DNA of 32,000 nt, from assembly GCA_963663995.1 (NCBI GenBank), contig OY760660.1, forward strand, positions 510,001 through 542,000, in the 5' to 3' direction. Every line of letters begins with the position of its first letter. Within the stretch, counting starts at the first letter, position 1. The stretch is from Erysipelotrichaceae bacterium. Lineage in GTDB: Bacteria; Bacillota_I; Bacilli_A; Erysipelotrichales; Erysipelotrichaceae. The notes beneath the pieces were generated by a model, which was not told the origin of the DNA, ran no database searches, and saw only the letters and a list, made by a program, of their open reading frames with translations. Positions 8,563 to 17,127 of the stretch are shown piece by piece. The translations under genes were made by a program, and so were the position numbers.

Positions 8563-10195
8563 ATTCAATACCAATAATATATGAGTAGACAGGTTGATTA
8601 CCTTGAATAATCTCAAGTTCACATTGTTCATAATTCTCTTCTATATATTGAGCAATTAATTGGCTTTCTTCATCACTGACATCTTCACCAACAATTAAGG
8701 TAACTAAACCATCTTCTTCATTTATTGCTTTATCTAGAAGGGTTTTAGTTGCTTCAATTTGATTTTGAACAGATACAACGATTTGTTTTTCTAAAATACC
8801 CATATAATCACCCGCTTTAATATCGACACCATCAAAACTGGTATCTTTAACAGCGTAAGTTACAGAAGCTGATTTAACTTTACTAAATGCCTCACTCATT
8901 TCATTGATATTTTCATCAATATCAACTTCTGGGTTAAACATAATACAAGCACTCATTCCTTGTGGAATTGTTTTCGTATTCAAGACATGAATATCTTTTT
9001 CTTCCATAATTGATTTAGCTTGTTGTGCAGCTAATATAATATTTGAATTATTGGGTAGAACAATAATGTGATCTGCACTTATCTTTGATATTGCCGCAAC
9101 AAAATCTTCAGTTGAAGGATTCATTGTTTGTCCACCAGTAATCACAGTATCACAACGATATGACTTAAAGGTTTCAACCACACCATCGCCAGCCGCAACC
9201 GCAATAATGGCATATTTTTTATGCTCTACAGGATGATCATGAGGAATATCTTTGCCCATTAATTGTAGATGTTCATGTTGTTCCTGCATATTCTCAATTT
9301 TTAATTTAACAAATTCACCAAAGCGTTGACCTAAATTCAAAGCTTCACCTGGTGTTAGTGTATGAACATGAACTTTAACTAGTTCTTCATCTTGTACAAC
9401 CACTAAAGAATCACCTAAATGAGCTAATTGATCTCTAAACTTATCTTCTGAGAACTTAGAAATAGTATTTTCATTTAAGCGAATAATAAATTCAGTACAA
9501 TAACCAAATTCGTCGTTTTCTAAATCTGCTTGCACACCTAGATGATTTTCCTCTAGATTTTCTAGACGTTCAACCGGTGTACCTACTAAACCAAGTTTAA
9601 ATCCTTCTAAGATTTTAACGTAGCCTGCTCCACCACTATCAACAACCCCTACTTCTTTAAGGACAGGTAATAATTCTGGAGTTCTTATTAAAGATTCATG
9701 AGCAGATTGAATTAAATAATCCATCACTTCTAATACATCTTTATCAGGATACGCATTAATATATTCAGAAGTCGATGCAGCACTTTCTCTAAGAACCGTT
9801 AAAATGGTTCCTTCTACAGGACGCATAACTGCTTTATAAGCAATTTCTGTACCTTTAACAAATGCATCAGAAACATCTTTTGCATTTAGCTCTGCTTTTG
9901 TTTCAACAGATTGGTAGAAACCTCTAAAAATTTGCGAAAGAATAACACCACTGTTACCTCTTGCGCCCATCAGCAAACCTTTGGATAAAATTTTAGACAA
10001 TTCACCAACATGACCGTTATGAGCTTTCATAAGTTCACTCACTCCAGCACTAAAGGTTAAATTCATATTTGTTCCAGTATCACCATCCGGTACTGGGAAC
10101 ACATTTAAAGCATCAATTTCATGATGATGATTTGTTAAATTATTGGCACCACTGGCCAACATGATTTTAAATGCACTTGCGTTAATTGTTTTCAT
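8561..10195 (-). CDS. fakA: DAK2-domain protein YloV / fatty acid kinase subunit FakA
   Basis: 544 aa. The N-terminal DhaL/DAK2 motif PDGDTGTNM is present. Length and the asp23-yloV-recG synteny match YloV and the characterised staphylococcal FakA. Confidence 0.85.
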   Translation of the reverse strand: MKTINASAFKIMLASGANNLTNHHHEIDALNVFPVPDGDTGTNMNLTFSAGVSELMKAHNGHVGELSKILSKGLLMGARGNSGVILSQIFRGFYQSVETKAELNAKDVSDAFVKGTEIAYKAVMRPVEGTILTVLRESAASTSEYINAYPDKDVLEVMDYLIQSAHESLIRTPELLPVLKEVGVVDSGGAGYVKILEGFKLGLVGTPVERLENLEENHLGVQADLENDEFGYCTEFIIRLNENTISKFSEDKFRDQLAHLGDSLVVVQDEELVKVHVHTLTPGEALNLGQRFGEFVKLKIENMQEQHEHLQLMGKDIPHDHPVEHKKYAIIAVAAGDGVVETFKSYRCDTVITGGQTMNPSTEDFVAAISKISADHIIVLPNNSNIILAAQQAKSIMEEKDIHVLNTKTIPQGMSACIMFNPEVDIDENINEMSEAFSKVKSASVTYAVKDTSFDGVDIKAGDYMGILEKQIVVSVQNQIEATKTLLDKAINEEDGLVTLIVGEDVSDEESQLIAQYIEENYEQCELEIIQGNQPVYSYIIGIE

Positions 10196-10196
10196 T

Positions 10197-10556
10197 TTAC
10201 TTAATCACACTCACGCCTTGAACATAAACATTAATTGATGAAAATTTAACATCTAAGGATTTTTCTAAGACATATTTAACATTCTTTTGAATCTCAAAAA
10301 CAACTTCTGAGATTTTAACGCCAAATCCAATGATGATGTATAAATCGAGTTCTAAACCATCTTCATTTTCTTTAACGACAACACCTTTTGAATAGTTTTC
10401 CTTTTTCAAAAGTTCTGCTAAACCATCTTTTAAAACTTTTTGTGAGGCCATTCCTACGACCCCATATGATTCAGTGACAACACCACCTGCTAAAGATGCA
10501 ATGGCATCATGACTGATATTGACTTGACCGAAATCATTTGAGCGTTCTACTGACAT
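10197..10556 (-). CDS. Asp23/Gls24-family protein (YloU-like)
   Basis: 119 aa. The sequence pattern (ISHDAIASLAGGVVTESYGVVGM...VYVQGV) is typical of Asp23 family proteins. AAGGAG lies 5 nt upstream of the ATG. The stop is 1 nt before the fakA start. Confidence 0.88.
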   Translation of the reverse strand: MSVERSNDFGQVNISHDAIASLAGGVVTESYGVVGMASQKVLKDGLAELLKKENYSKGVVVKENEDGLELDLYIIIGFGVKISEVVFEIQKNVKYVLEKSLDVKFSSINVYVQGVSVIK

Positions 10557-10594
10557 AACGTCTCCTTCATTCCATTTATTTTATTTTATCATAC

Positions 10595-11344
10595 TCACTC
10601 ATTGTCGAGTGCACAAGGGAAACTATAAGCAACTAAACTAAGTTCGTCAATGCTTAAACACTTATGATCAGGATTTAAAGCTTTTAAAATGCGATCATAT
10701 TGGTCTAAAACTGTATATCCTTTAAAGCCAGAAGAAACCTGATTCCCATCTTGCATATAAATCAAACTATACGCTTCATCAAAGCTTTGGGGATGGCGAA
10801 CAATCTCACTCATCGAAATTAAACTGGATGATTTTAAGCTTGCTAAACTTTCTGCTAAATCAACCAAATCTTCACCTTCATAACCACTAATCAACGGTAC
10901 TTCAAGGACAGCTTTAGTACCTTGAACGACTTCACCATTTTCTAGAAGATATAAAGTTCCTTTATCATTTAGACTTCCAACAACTTGAAATTCGTTAATA
11001 GTAATCAAGGTTTGATTCATCTGACTTGCATCAACCTCAATACTTTTTATTAAGGGGTGATTTTCTAAATCAGATAGATTTAATGGGGCAAAATTTAAGA
11101 TTGATATATTGTTTTGATTAACAATTGATTCAATTGTTTGCTTATCTAAATTTACTTGTCCTCTGACTTCAATACCTTGATTGAGATACGCTTTACTTAA
11201 AGTATATAGAACAACAATAATGACAATAAGTAAATGAATCGATAAAAGCCGTAGAAATCTTTGATTTCTTATTTTATTGAGTGCTTTTCTTTCCTTTTTA
11301 CGTTCTGCAATTAAGTCAGAAACTGCTTTAACATCCTGCGTCAT
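10595..11344 (-). CDS. ftsQ: Cell division protein FtsQ/DivIB-type (basic tail, single TM, POTRA-like domain)
   Basis: 249 aa. It has a basic N-terminus, one TM segment (LRLLSIHLLIVIIVVLYTL), then IEVRGQVNLDKQTIESIV. The ATGA overlap with the murB stop (11341-11344) and the position after murG-murB support the call. Confidence 0.75.
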   Translation of the reverse strand: MTQDVKAVSDLIAERKKERKALNKIRNQRFLRLLSIHLLIVIIVVLYTLSKAYLNQGIEVRGQVNLDKQTIESIVNQNNISILNFAPLNLSDLENHPLIKSIEVDASQMNQTLITINEFQVVGSLNDKGTLYLLENGEVVQGTKAVLEVPLISGYEGEDLVDLAESLASLKSSSLISMSEIVRHPQSFDEAYSLIYMQDGNQVSSGFKGYTVLDQYDRILKALNPDHKCLSIDELSLVAYSFPCALDNE

Positions 11345-12231
11345 GTGATATTAAAAATCTCAACTTCTCTTTTTAACTGAATTCCATGAATCTCATAAAC
11401 TTTGTCTTGAATAAGTTTAATTAGCGCTAATACATCAGTTGCTTTAGCATTTCCATTATTCACTATAAAATTAGCATGTTTAAGCGAGATTTGAGCATCC
11501 CCTATTTTCATACCTCGTAAGCCAACTGATTCAATCAATTGCCACGATAGTTCAGGATAAGGATTACGGAAAACAGATCCACAGGATGGCATCTCTAAAG
11601 GTTGTGATTCTAAACGGCGTTTTAGTCGATCTTGGATAATTTGCTGAGCTTCTTTTGTATCACAATGTGCTGTGCTTAATTCAGCTGCACAAATAATGGT
11701 ATCTGTTTCGTCCATAAAGTTAGTATAACGATAATCGACTTTAATTTGATCTCGATTCAACCAAATTAACTGATGATTTTGATAAACCAACACACGATTT
11801 ACAACATCATACATATTTTTTTGATAGGCACCAGCATTCATAAAAAGTGCGCCACCTACCGTTCCAGGAATTCCTGAAGCAAATTCTAATCCACCATGAT
11901 TATTTTGAATACATTGATGAACAGCTTTTATTAAACTTAAACCAGCTTCAAGATAAACATAATTATCATAGTATTTAATCTGATTTAAAGCTTTGTTTAA
12001 TCGAATGATTATCCCTTTATAATCATCATCCCCAAAAAGAATATTTGACCCCAATCCAATGACTTTATAAGACAGTTTTGAAGTTTGACAGTACTCAATG
12101 GCTTCAATTAACAAATCTAATGAACTTGGTTCTAATAAATAATCAGCATGACCACCAATGCGATAAGTACTTAAAGTTTTTAAGGATACATGTTCACTTA
12201 AGCTTCCAAAAGATTTTAATTTTTCAATCAT
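11341..12231 (-). CDS. murB: UDP-N-acetylenolpyruvoylglucosamine reductase MurB
   Basis: Has FAD-binding motifs (YRIGG, GIPGTVGGALFMNAGAY) and the catalytic SCGSVFRNP. I place the start at ATG 12231 (MIEKLK...), preceded by AGAGGA 9 nt upstream. This forms an ATGA overlap with the murG stop. The ORF-track start at 12255 adds 8 unlikely codons. Confidence 0.93.
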   Translation of the reverse strand: MIEKLKSFGSLSEHVSLKTLSTYRIGGHADYLLEPSSLDLLIEAIEYCQTSKLSYKVIGLGSNILFGDDDYKGIIIRLNKALNQIKYYDNYVYLEAGLSLIKAVHQCIQNNHGGLEFASGIPGTVGGALFMNAGAYQKNMYDVVNRVLVYQNHQLIWLNRDQIKVDYRYTNFMDETDTIICAAELSTAHCDTKEAQQIIQDRLKRRLESQPLEMPSCGSVFRNPYPELSWQLIESVGLRGMKIGDAQISLKHANFIVNNGNAKATDVLALIKLIQDKVYEIHGIQLKREVEIFNIT

Positions 12232-13307
12232 GAATTTAAATCCTCTAGAATCCAATTCAACATATTTTCGGCAGCTTGTGGATATGCGCAGGCTTTCGCA
12301 TTTGTTTGTAAGCTTAAGCGATAATTCTCATTAATTAAAATATTCATTATAGAAGCATGTAAAAGAGTAGAATCAAGATTTTTTTCTTCGATAATTTCGC
12401 AACCTTTTGCCTCATACAATTCTTTAGCATTATAAAACTGATGATTATTAGGCACATAGGGACTTGGAATAATAATTGAAGCAACCCCTAAAACAGTAAT
12501 TTCTGCGGCTGTGGTTGCGCCACCTCTAGTGACCATTAAATCCACTTCTTGCATTGCTTTGACTTGGTCAATATACGGAACAATCTTAATTAACTTTGTC
12601 TCATCATTCTTAGCAATAAAGTCTTCATAGTGTTTCTTTCCTGTCACAAAGATAGTCTGAACATTATTAATTGATAACGTTTCTAAAACTGATGATGCGA
12701 CTTCAAATAGTGATTCTGCTCCTAAAGAACCCATGACAAATAAAACAGTTTTTAATTGTGGATCTAAATCCAAAGACTTTAATAGTTCCCTTGTTTCATG
12801 TTTCTTAATATCATAAGATCTTGGGTTACCCAATAATTGCGTTTTTTCCTTAGGAAAATCCTCTAAATTTTTAGGATAAGATGCAATAATACCTCTCACT
12901 TTATTCGCTAAATATTTATTAGCTTTACCTGCGATGGCATTTTGTTCATGAAGATAGGCAGGTATCTTCATTTTTTTAGCTTCTAAAATAACCGGTACAC
13001 AAACATAGCCCCCAAAGCCACAAACCCAATCAGGTTTAAAATCATTTAAGATAGCACGTGCTTCAAAACGTGTTAAAAACACTTGTGTGTATTTAAGTGC
13101 TTTCTGAATAATATTTCCATGGATACTTTTTGTTTGTAAACCTTTAAAATCATAACCGGCTTCAGGTATGATTTTACTTTCCATCCGTTCTTGATTTCCA
13201 ATGAAGAGAATCTGTGCATCAGGATATCTATCTTTTATTAAATGGGCAAAGGATAATGCAGGATAGATGTGTCCGCCAGTACCGCCCGTAACAATTGCGA
13301 TTTTCAT
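12228..13307 (-). CDS. murG: UDP-N-acetylglucosamine--N-acetylmuramyl-(pentapeptide) pyrophosphoryl-undecaprenol N-acetylglucosamine transferase MurG
   Basis: 359 aa with the N-terminal GGTGGHIYPAL motif and C-terminal RGGATTAAEI. Confidence 0.95.
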   Translation of the reverse strand: MKIAIVTGGTGGHIYPALSFAHLIKDRYPDAQILFIGNQERMESKIIPEAGYDFKGLQTKSIHGNIIQKALKYTQVFLTRFEARAILNDFKPDWVCGFGGYVCVPVILEAKKMKIPAYLHEQNAIAGKANKYLANKVRGIIASYPKNLEDFPKEKTQLLGNPRSYDIKKHETRELLKSLDLDPQLKTVLFVMGSLGAESLFEVASSVLETLSINNVQTIFVTGKKHYEDFIAKNDETKLIKIVPYIDQVKAMQEVDLMVTRGGATTAAEITVLGVASIIIPSPYVPNNHQFYNAKELYEAKGCEIIEEKNLDSTLLHASIMNILINENYRLSLQTNAKACAYPQAAENMLNWILEDLNS

Positions 13308-13321
13308 ATTAGTCCTGTGAT

Positions 13322-13330
13322 ATTATACCA
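13322..13330 (-). promoter_or_regulatory. Extended -10 promoter element for murG (TGgTATAAT)
   Basis: Minus strand reads TGGTATAAT, 14 nt upstream of the murG ATG. No convincing -35 is present. Confidence 0.45.
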
Positions 13331-13339
13331 TGTTCAACA

Positions 13340-13348
13340 TGTTAGAAT
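13340..13348 (+). promoter_or_regulatory. Extended -10 promoter element for the HAD gene (TGtTAGAAT)
   Basis: Plus strand reads TGTTAGAAT. Seven nt (AGTTGAT) separate the hexamer from the ATG at 13356, and there is no SD. Confidence 0.4.
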
Positions 13349-13811
13349 AGTTGATATGAAGATTAAATGTTTATTCCTAGACCATGATGATACGATTGTT
13401 GATTCAACTAAACACATCCATTATCCAGCTTTTTGTGAAACCTTAAAACAACTACGACCTAATGATCCAATCATCTCTTATTTGGACTTCGTTGATTATT
13501 GTCATCGCTTTGGTTTTATGGATTTATGTTTAAACAAATATGCGTTTAATAATGATGAAATGAAAATTGAATATCAGATTTGGAAATCATTTACCAGAAA
13601 TCAAATTCCTGATGTTTTTGATGGTTTAACTGAAATCTTAAGTCAATTTAAAAAACAAGGCGGAATCATTGTCGTGATTTCACATTCAGAAGCACCAGAA
13701 ATCAAACGTGATTATCTACAACATTTTAAGTTTGAACCAGATGCCATCTATGGTTGGGAAAGAGCAGAACATGAGCGTAAGCCACATTCATTCCCAATCA
13801 TGGAAAGTTTA

Positions 13812-13819
13812 AAAATTTT
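13812..13819. repeat. Target-site duplication, left copy (AAAATTTT)
   Basis: Identical 8-mer to 14967-14974, immediately flanking the IS ends. Confidence 0.8.
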
Positions 13820-13842
13820 GGTGTAACTCAGTAGATAAGGAC
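13820..13842. repeat. IS left terminal inverted repeat
   Basis: GGTGTAACTCAGTAGATAAGGAC. Confidence 0.8.
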
Positions 13843-13894
13843 GTAAAATTGGACAGGTCTGATTTTTGTTAGCCTTTACCTTTATATGAAACAG

Positions 13895-13900
13895 TATAAT
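13895..13900 (+). promoter_or_regulatory. Candidate -10 box (TATAAT) for the transposase gene
   Basis: TATAAT lies 23 nt upstream of the ATG. AAGAGG SD at 13911-13916 lies 7 nt upstream of the ATG. Confidence 0.35.
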
Positions 13901-13923
13901 TAGCCTTACTAAGAGGTCAAATT

Positions 13924-14925
13924 ATGCAAGAAACATCACTATTAAACTTATTCAATCAACTAACCGACTTTCAAAAAGAGAGATTACATCGAGAAATACG
14001 TGGCTATATCCAATTCAATGAATTTGTAGAGTCATCTCAATACGCTTTCTGTCCAGTATGTGGAGTAAAAGAACCTAAAATCATCAAACGAGGTTTCTTA
14101 AATGGAAAACAACGTGTTCAATGTTTGACGTGTATGCATAAGTTTGTCCAAACCAAAGGTAAACTAAGATACAACTCTCAGAAAACAGAAGAACAGTGGT
14201 CAATCCTTATCTTGGATACGTTGAATGCAGTGCCACTCATCCAAACAGCTGCCACCATTGATTGTGCGGTCGATACAGTATTCCATATGCGACATAAGTT
14301 TCTACTCTTACTAGAACAGCTTATTTATGATCAGTCACTGATATTAGAGGGGGTCATTGAAATGGATGAGACTTATATCAATGATGGTTATAAGGGAAAT
14401 AAGCACTTAACGCATCGCAAAGCCCGTAAACATGGGGAAAGAGCACACAAACGAGGCTTATCCGAAGAGAAACTCTGCATCTTTATGGGGACTAATCGTT
14501 TAGGTCAAGAAATCGCACGTTGTGTGAATCGTGCTAAGCCAACCTCCAAAGAAGTCATTACTGTATTTGGAGCAGTGATACAAAAGAAATCGATTCTAAT
14601 CAATGATGGCTTATTCTCCAATTATGCTTTGATTGAAGAAAATAAGTTAACGAGTCTAGTGGTATCAGATCATCAAGAGTTTACCTCAACAGTTCACTTG
14701 AATACCGTCAATAATATGCATTCTGGATTCAAAGAACTGTATCGACATTTTAGAGGCGTATCAACTAAATATCTTAGTCGCTATCTGGCTCTTTATCTCT
14801 TCATTCGACGTTTCATGGGAATGGATGATCAAGAGAAGTTAATGGTGTTTCTATCCAAAGCCAAGAATACGTTTGTTTCATACACCAATCAGATGGTAAA
14901 AACTCAGAATCTACTCACTATTTAA
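13924..14925 (+). CDS. IS1595-family (ISXO2-like DDE) transposase with N-terminal zinc ribbon
   Basis: 333 aa. The Zn-ribbon is CPVCG...x17...CLTCMHKF. Candidate catalytic residues are IEMDETYI, ILINDG and NTVNNMHSGFK (an N-x6-K arrangement reminiscent of the DDNK variants of this family). Confidence 0.88.
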   Translation: MQETSLLNLFNQLTDFQKERLHREIRGYIQFNEFVESSQYAFCPVCGVKEPKIIKRGFLNGKQRVQCLTCMHKFVQTKGKLRYNSQKTEEQWSILILDTLNAVPLIQTAATIDCAVDTVFHMRHKFLLLLEQLIYDQSLILEGVIEMDETYINDGYKGNKHLTHRKARKHGERAHKRGLSEEKLCIFMGTNRLGQEIARCVNRAKPTSKEVITVFGAVIQKKSILINDGLFSNYALIEENKLTSLVVSDHQEFTSTVHLNTVNNMHSGFKELYRHFRGVSTKYLSRYLALYLFIRRFMGMDDQEKLMVFLSKAKNTFVSYTNQMVKTQNLLTI

Positions 14926-14943
14926 AGACTTAAGAAAAATCAA

Positions 14944-14966
14944 GTCCTTATTTACTGAGTTACACC
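14944..14966. repeat. IS right terminal inverted repeat
   Basis: GTCCTTATTTACTGAGTTACACC. Its reverse complement differs from the left IR at one position (A vs G at position 15). Confidence 0.8.
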
Positions 14967-14974
14967 AAAATTTT
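14967..14974. repeat. Target-site duplication, right copy (AAAATTTT)
   Basis: Identical to 13812-13819. Confidence 0.8.
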
Positions 14975-15152
14975 TAATCTAAAAGCAGAAGATTGTTTAA
15001 TGTTGGATGATATGTCTTTAGGTAAACAAATGGCGGAAAAGACAAATGTACCCTTTGCTTGGGCTGCCTGGACTCATTTTGAAAATGGCATAGAAAAAAA
15101 CGCATCCGATCTCAGTTTTACTGATGTGAATGCGTTTAAAGAGTTTTTAGAA

Positions 15153-15476
15153 TTAACGGACTAAGCCATAACGCCAAGTAGAAACACCACCGATGTTAAA
15201 GGCATTTTCATAGCCAAGTTTTGTGATAAAATTTGTCGCATCATCAGCACGTGCCCCGCTATAACAAATAATAAAATAAGTTTTGTTTTTATCAGGGAAT
15301 TGTCTTTCAAATTGTGATGGAATTGTATCAAGTGGAATATTAATCGCACCTTCTACATGAGCATCTCTAAATTCTTCAACTGTTCTAACGTCGACTAATT
15401 GGATGTTAGAATCTTTTTCTAATTGGGCAAAAGCTTCATCTTGACTTAATTTTTTACTTCTACTAAAACCAAACAT
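15153..15476 (-). CDS. Single-domain rhodanese-like sulfurtransferase
   Basis: 107 aa with the active-site loop CYSGARA and the pattern LVDVRTVEEF...GAINIP. AAGGAG lies 8 nt upstream of the ATG. Confidence 0.85.
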   Translation of the reverse strand: MFGFSRSKKLSQDEAFAQLEKDSNIQLVDVRTVEEFRDAHVEGAINIPLDTIPSQFERQFPDKNKTYFIICYSGARADDATNFITKLGYENAFNIGGVSTWRYGLVR

Positions 15477-15506
15477 TTTCTATTCTCCTTGTTTATTACC
15501 AAAACT

Positions 15507-15534
15507 ATTTTAGCACAAGGGACAGAACTTGCAA
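15507..15534 (-). promoter_or_regulatory. Sigma-A-type promoter for the rhodanese gene
   Basis: Minus strand has TTGCAA (15529-15534), a 16-nt spacer ending in TGc, and TAAAAT (15507-15512). Confidence 0.45.
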
Positions 15535-15543
15535 TCCCTTTGA

Positions 15544-16542
15544 TTAAAATAAGTTAGATTGATGATTATAACCTAAATGTTCATAGGCTTTTTCAGTGAC
15601 TACACGACCTCGTGGGGTTCGATTGATAAAACCAATTTGTAATAAATATGGTTCATAGACATCTTCCAGTGTCATCGGTTCTTCTTGAATACTAGAAGCA
15701 ATAGCCTCTAAACCAACTGGACCACCTTTAAAGCGATCAATGATCCCTTTTAAATATCTAATATCAACATCATCAAGTCCTAGATGATCGACTTTTAAAC
15801 GATTTAGGGCTAGATTAGCAACCTCTAAAGTAATGACACCTTCATTTAAAACTTGAGCAAAATCGCGAACACGTCTAAATAAACGATTAGCAATTCGAGG
15901 TGTTCCTCGTGATCTTTTTGCGATTTCATGGATCGCATCAACTTTAATGGGGGTTGATAAAACACGTGAACTTCTTTCCAAAATTAAGCTGAGTTCTTTT
16001 TCATCGTAGTATTCTAATTTCGATACAATTCCAAATCGATCTCTTAAAGGAGCCGTTAAATCACCAGCTCTAGTGGTTGCGCCCACTAAAGTAAAAGGTG
16101 GAAGTTCTAAGCGAATACTTCGAACCGTTGATTCTTTTCCAACCACGACATCAATCACGTAGTCTTCCATCGCTGGATATAAGACTTCTTCAATGGCTTT
16201 AGGTAATCGATGTATTTCATCGATAAACAAGACATCACCCGCTTCTAAGGTGCTTAATATTGCTGCTAAATCACCAGATCTTTCGATCGAGGGTCCTGAA
16301 GTTATTTTGATATTACTTCCCATTTCATGCGACAAAATATGGGCAAGTGTCGTTTTACCCAATCCGGGAGGACCATAAAGTAATACATGATCTAAGCTCT
16401 CGTTACGTTTTTGCGCTGCTTGGATAAAAACACTTAAGTTATCCTTAAGAGCTGTTTGTCCTACATATTCTAAAAGTGAAGCGGGGCGAAGACTAATATC
16501 ATCGTCACCACTTTGTATTTGTGTAGATAAAAGTTCGTCCAT
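15544..16542 (-). CDS. ruvB: Holliday junction branch migration ATPase RuvB
   Basis: Has Walker A ([11 protein letters not shown]), Walker B (LFIDEIHR) and a C-terminal winged helix (INRTPRGR). The start abuts the ruvA stop. Confidence 0.97.
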   Translation of the reverse strand: MDELLSTQIQSGDDDISLRPASLLEYVGQTALKDNLSVFIQAAQKRNESLDHVLLYGPPGLGKTTLAHILSHEMGSNIKITSGPSIERSGDLAAILSTLEAGDVLFIDEIHRLPKAIEEVLYPAMEDYVIDVVVGKESTVRSIRLELPPFTLVGATTRAGDLTAPLRDRFGIVSKLEYYDEKELSLILERSSRVLSTPIKVDAIHEIAKRSRGTPRIANRLFRRVRDFAQVLNEGVITLEVANLALNRLKVDHLGLDDVDIRYLKGIIDRFKGGPVGLEAIASSIQEEPMTLEDVYEPYLLQIGFINRTPRGRVVTEKAYEHLGYNHQSNLF

Positions 16543-17121
16543 CTAATTTCCCTTTCTTTGATTCAATAAAACTAAAGCTCTCTTTAGTAGTTGATCTTCT
16601 GGCTCATCTGCATGTGCATCTAAAGCTTTATGTAAAAACGATAGTTCACTACTTTTATAACCAAATGTCTTAAGTGCTTCTAATGTTGTAATGATAGCTA
16701 GAGATGCCTTTGACTTATCTGTATGCTCATTAACCAATTTTCCCTTAAGATCCAAGATAATTTGTTGGGCAGATTTAGCACCAATACCTGGCATTTTCTT
16801 TAAGAAATCAATGTTACTGGTTTCAATCGCACTTACGATATCTAGCACTTTTGAATTGACAAACATTCCATTAGCAATTTTAGGTCCTATACCTTTAACA
16901 GAAATCAATCTTTCAAAGAGTTCATAGTTATCTAAAGACAAAAATCCGTAAAGACTTTGATCATCTTCACGGATATTGTGATAGGTATAGAAAAATACCT
17001 CTTGATTTAATTTTAAACTTTCAGGTTTTGAGAAAAAGACGCGATAACCAACGCCTTGTACTTCGACAATAACCCAATCTTCTCTGATGAGAATACAATT
17101 TCCACGAATACTAGCAATCAT
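16543..17121 (-). CDS. ruvA: Holliday junction DNA-binding protein RuvA
   Basis: 192 aa. It has an N-terminal OB fold (VQGVGYRV) and two HhH motifs (VKGIGPKIA, MPGIGAKSAQQI). Confidence 0.93.
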   Translation of the reverse strand: MIASIRGNCILIREDWVIVEVQGVGYRVFFSKPESLKLNQEVFFYTYHNIREDDQSLYGFLSLDNYELFERLISVKGIGPKIANGMFVNSKVLDIVSAIETSNIDFLKKMPGIGAKSAQQIILDLKGKLVNEHTDKSKASLAIITTLEALKTFGYKSSELSFLHKALDAHADEPEDQLLKRALVLLNQRKGN

Positions 17122-17127
17122 ATGCCA

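Larger units (their letters stand above)
13820..14966 (+). mobile_element. IS1595-family insertion sequence, 1,147 bp, apparently intact
   Basis: It has 23-bp terminal inverted repeats (22/23 match) beginning GG, an 8-bp direct duplication and a single transposase ORF with its own -10 and SD. Confidence 0.85.
13356..15164 (+). pseudogene. HAD-superfamily hydrolase gene interrupted by an IS element
   Basis: The N-terminal part (13356-13819) carries motif I FLDHDDT, motif II VVISHS and motif III ERKPHS. The C-terminal part (14975-15164) carries motif IV LMLDDMSLG. Removing the IS plus one target duplication restores a single 217-codon frame. As it stands, the reading frame stops at 13824-13826, inside the IS. 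Confidence 0.85.

Noticed and set aside
13269-13355. The 29-codon N-terminal extension of the HAD ORF (MSASTARNN...)
   Set aside because: It overlaps the murG start and promoter region on the opposite strand. The canonical HAD N-terminus (MKIKCLFLDHDDT) begins at 13356.
15161-15349. 62-aa minus-strand ORF in an alternative frame of the rhodanese gene
   Set aside because: It is nested out of frame inside a CDS with a clear rhodanese active-site loop and SD, and it has no independent signals.
15516-15541. Hairpin AAGGGA-12 nt-TCCCTT after ruvB, considered as an intrinsic terminator
   Set aside because: It has only 6 bp, a large loop and no U-tract. The same bases are better explained as the -35 (TTGCAA) and spacer of the rhodanese promoter.
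16193-16927. Plus-strand ORFs 16193-16378 and 16691-16927
   Set aside because: They are antisense to ruvB and ruvA, with no start-site signals.
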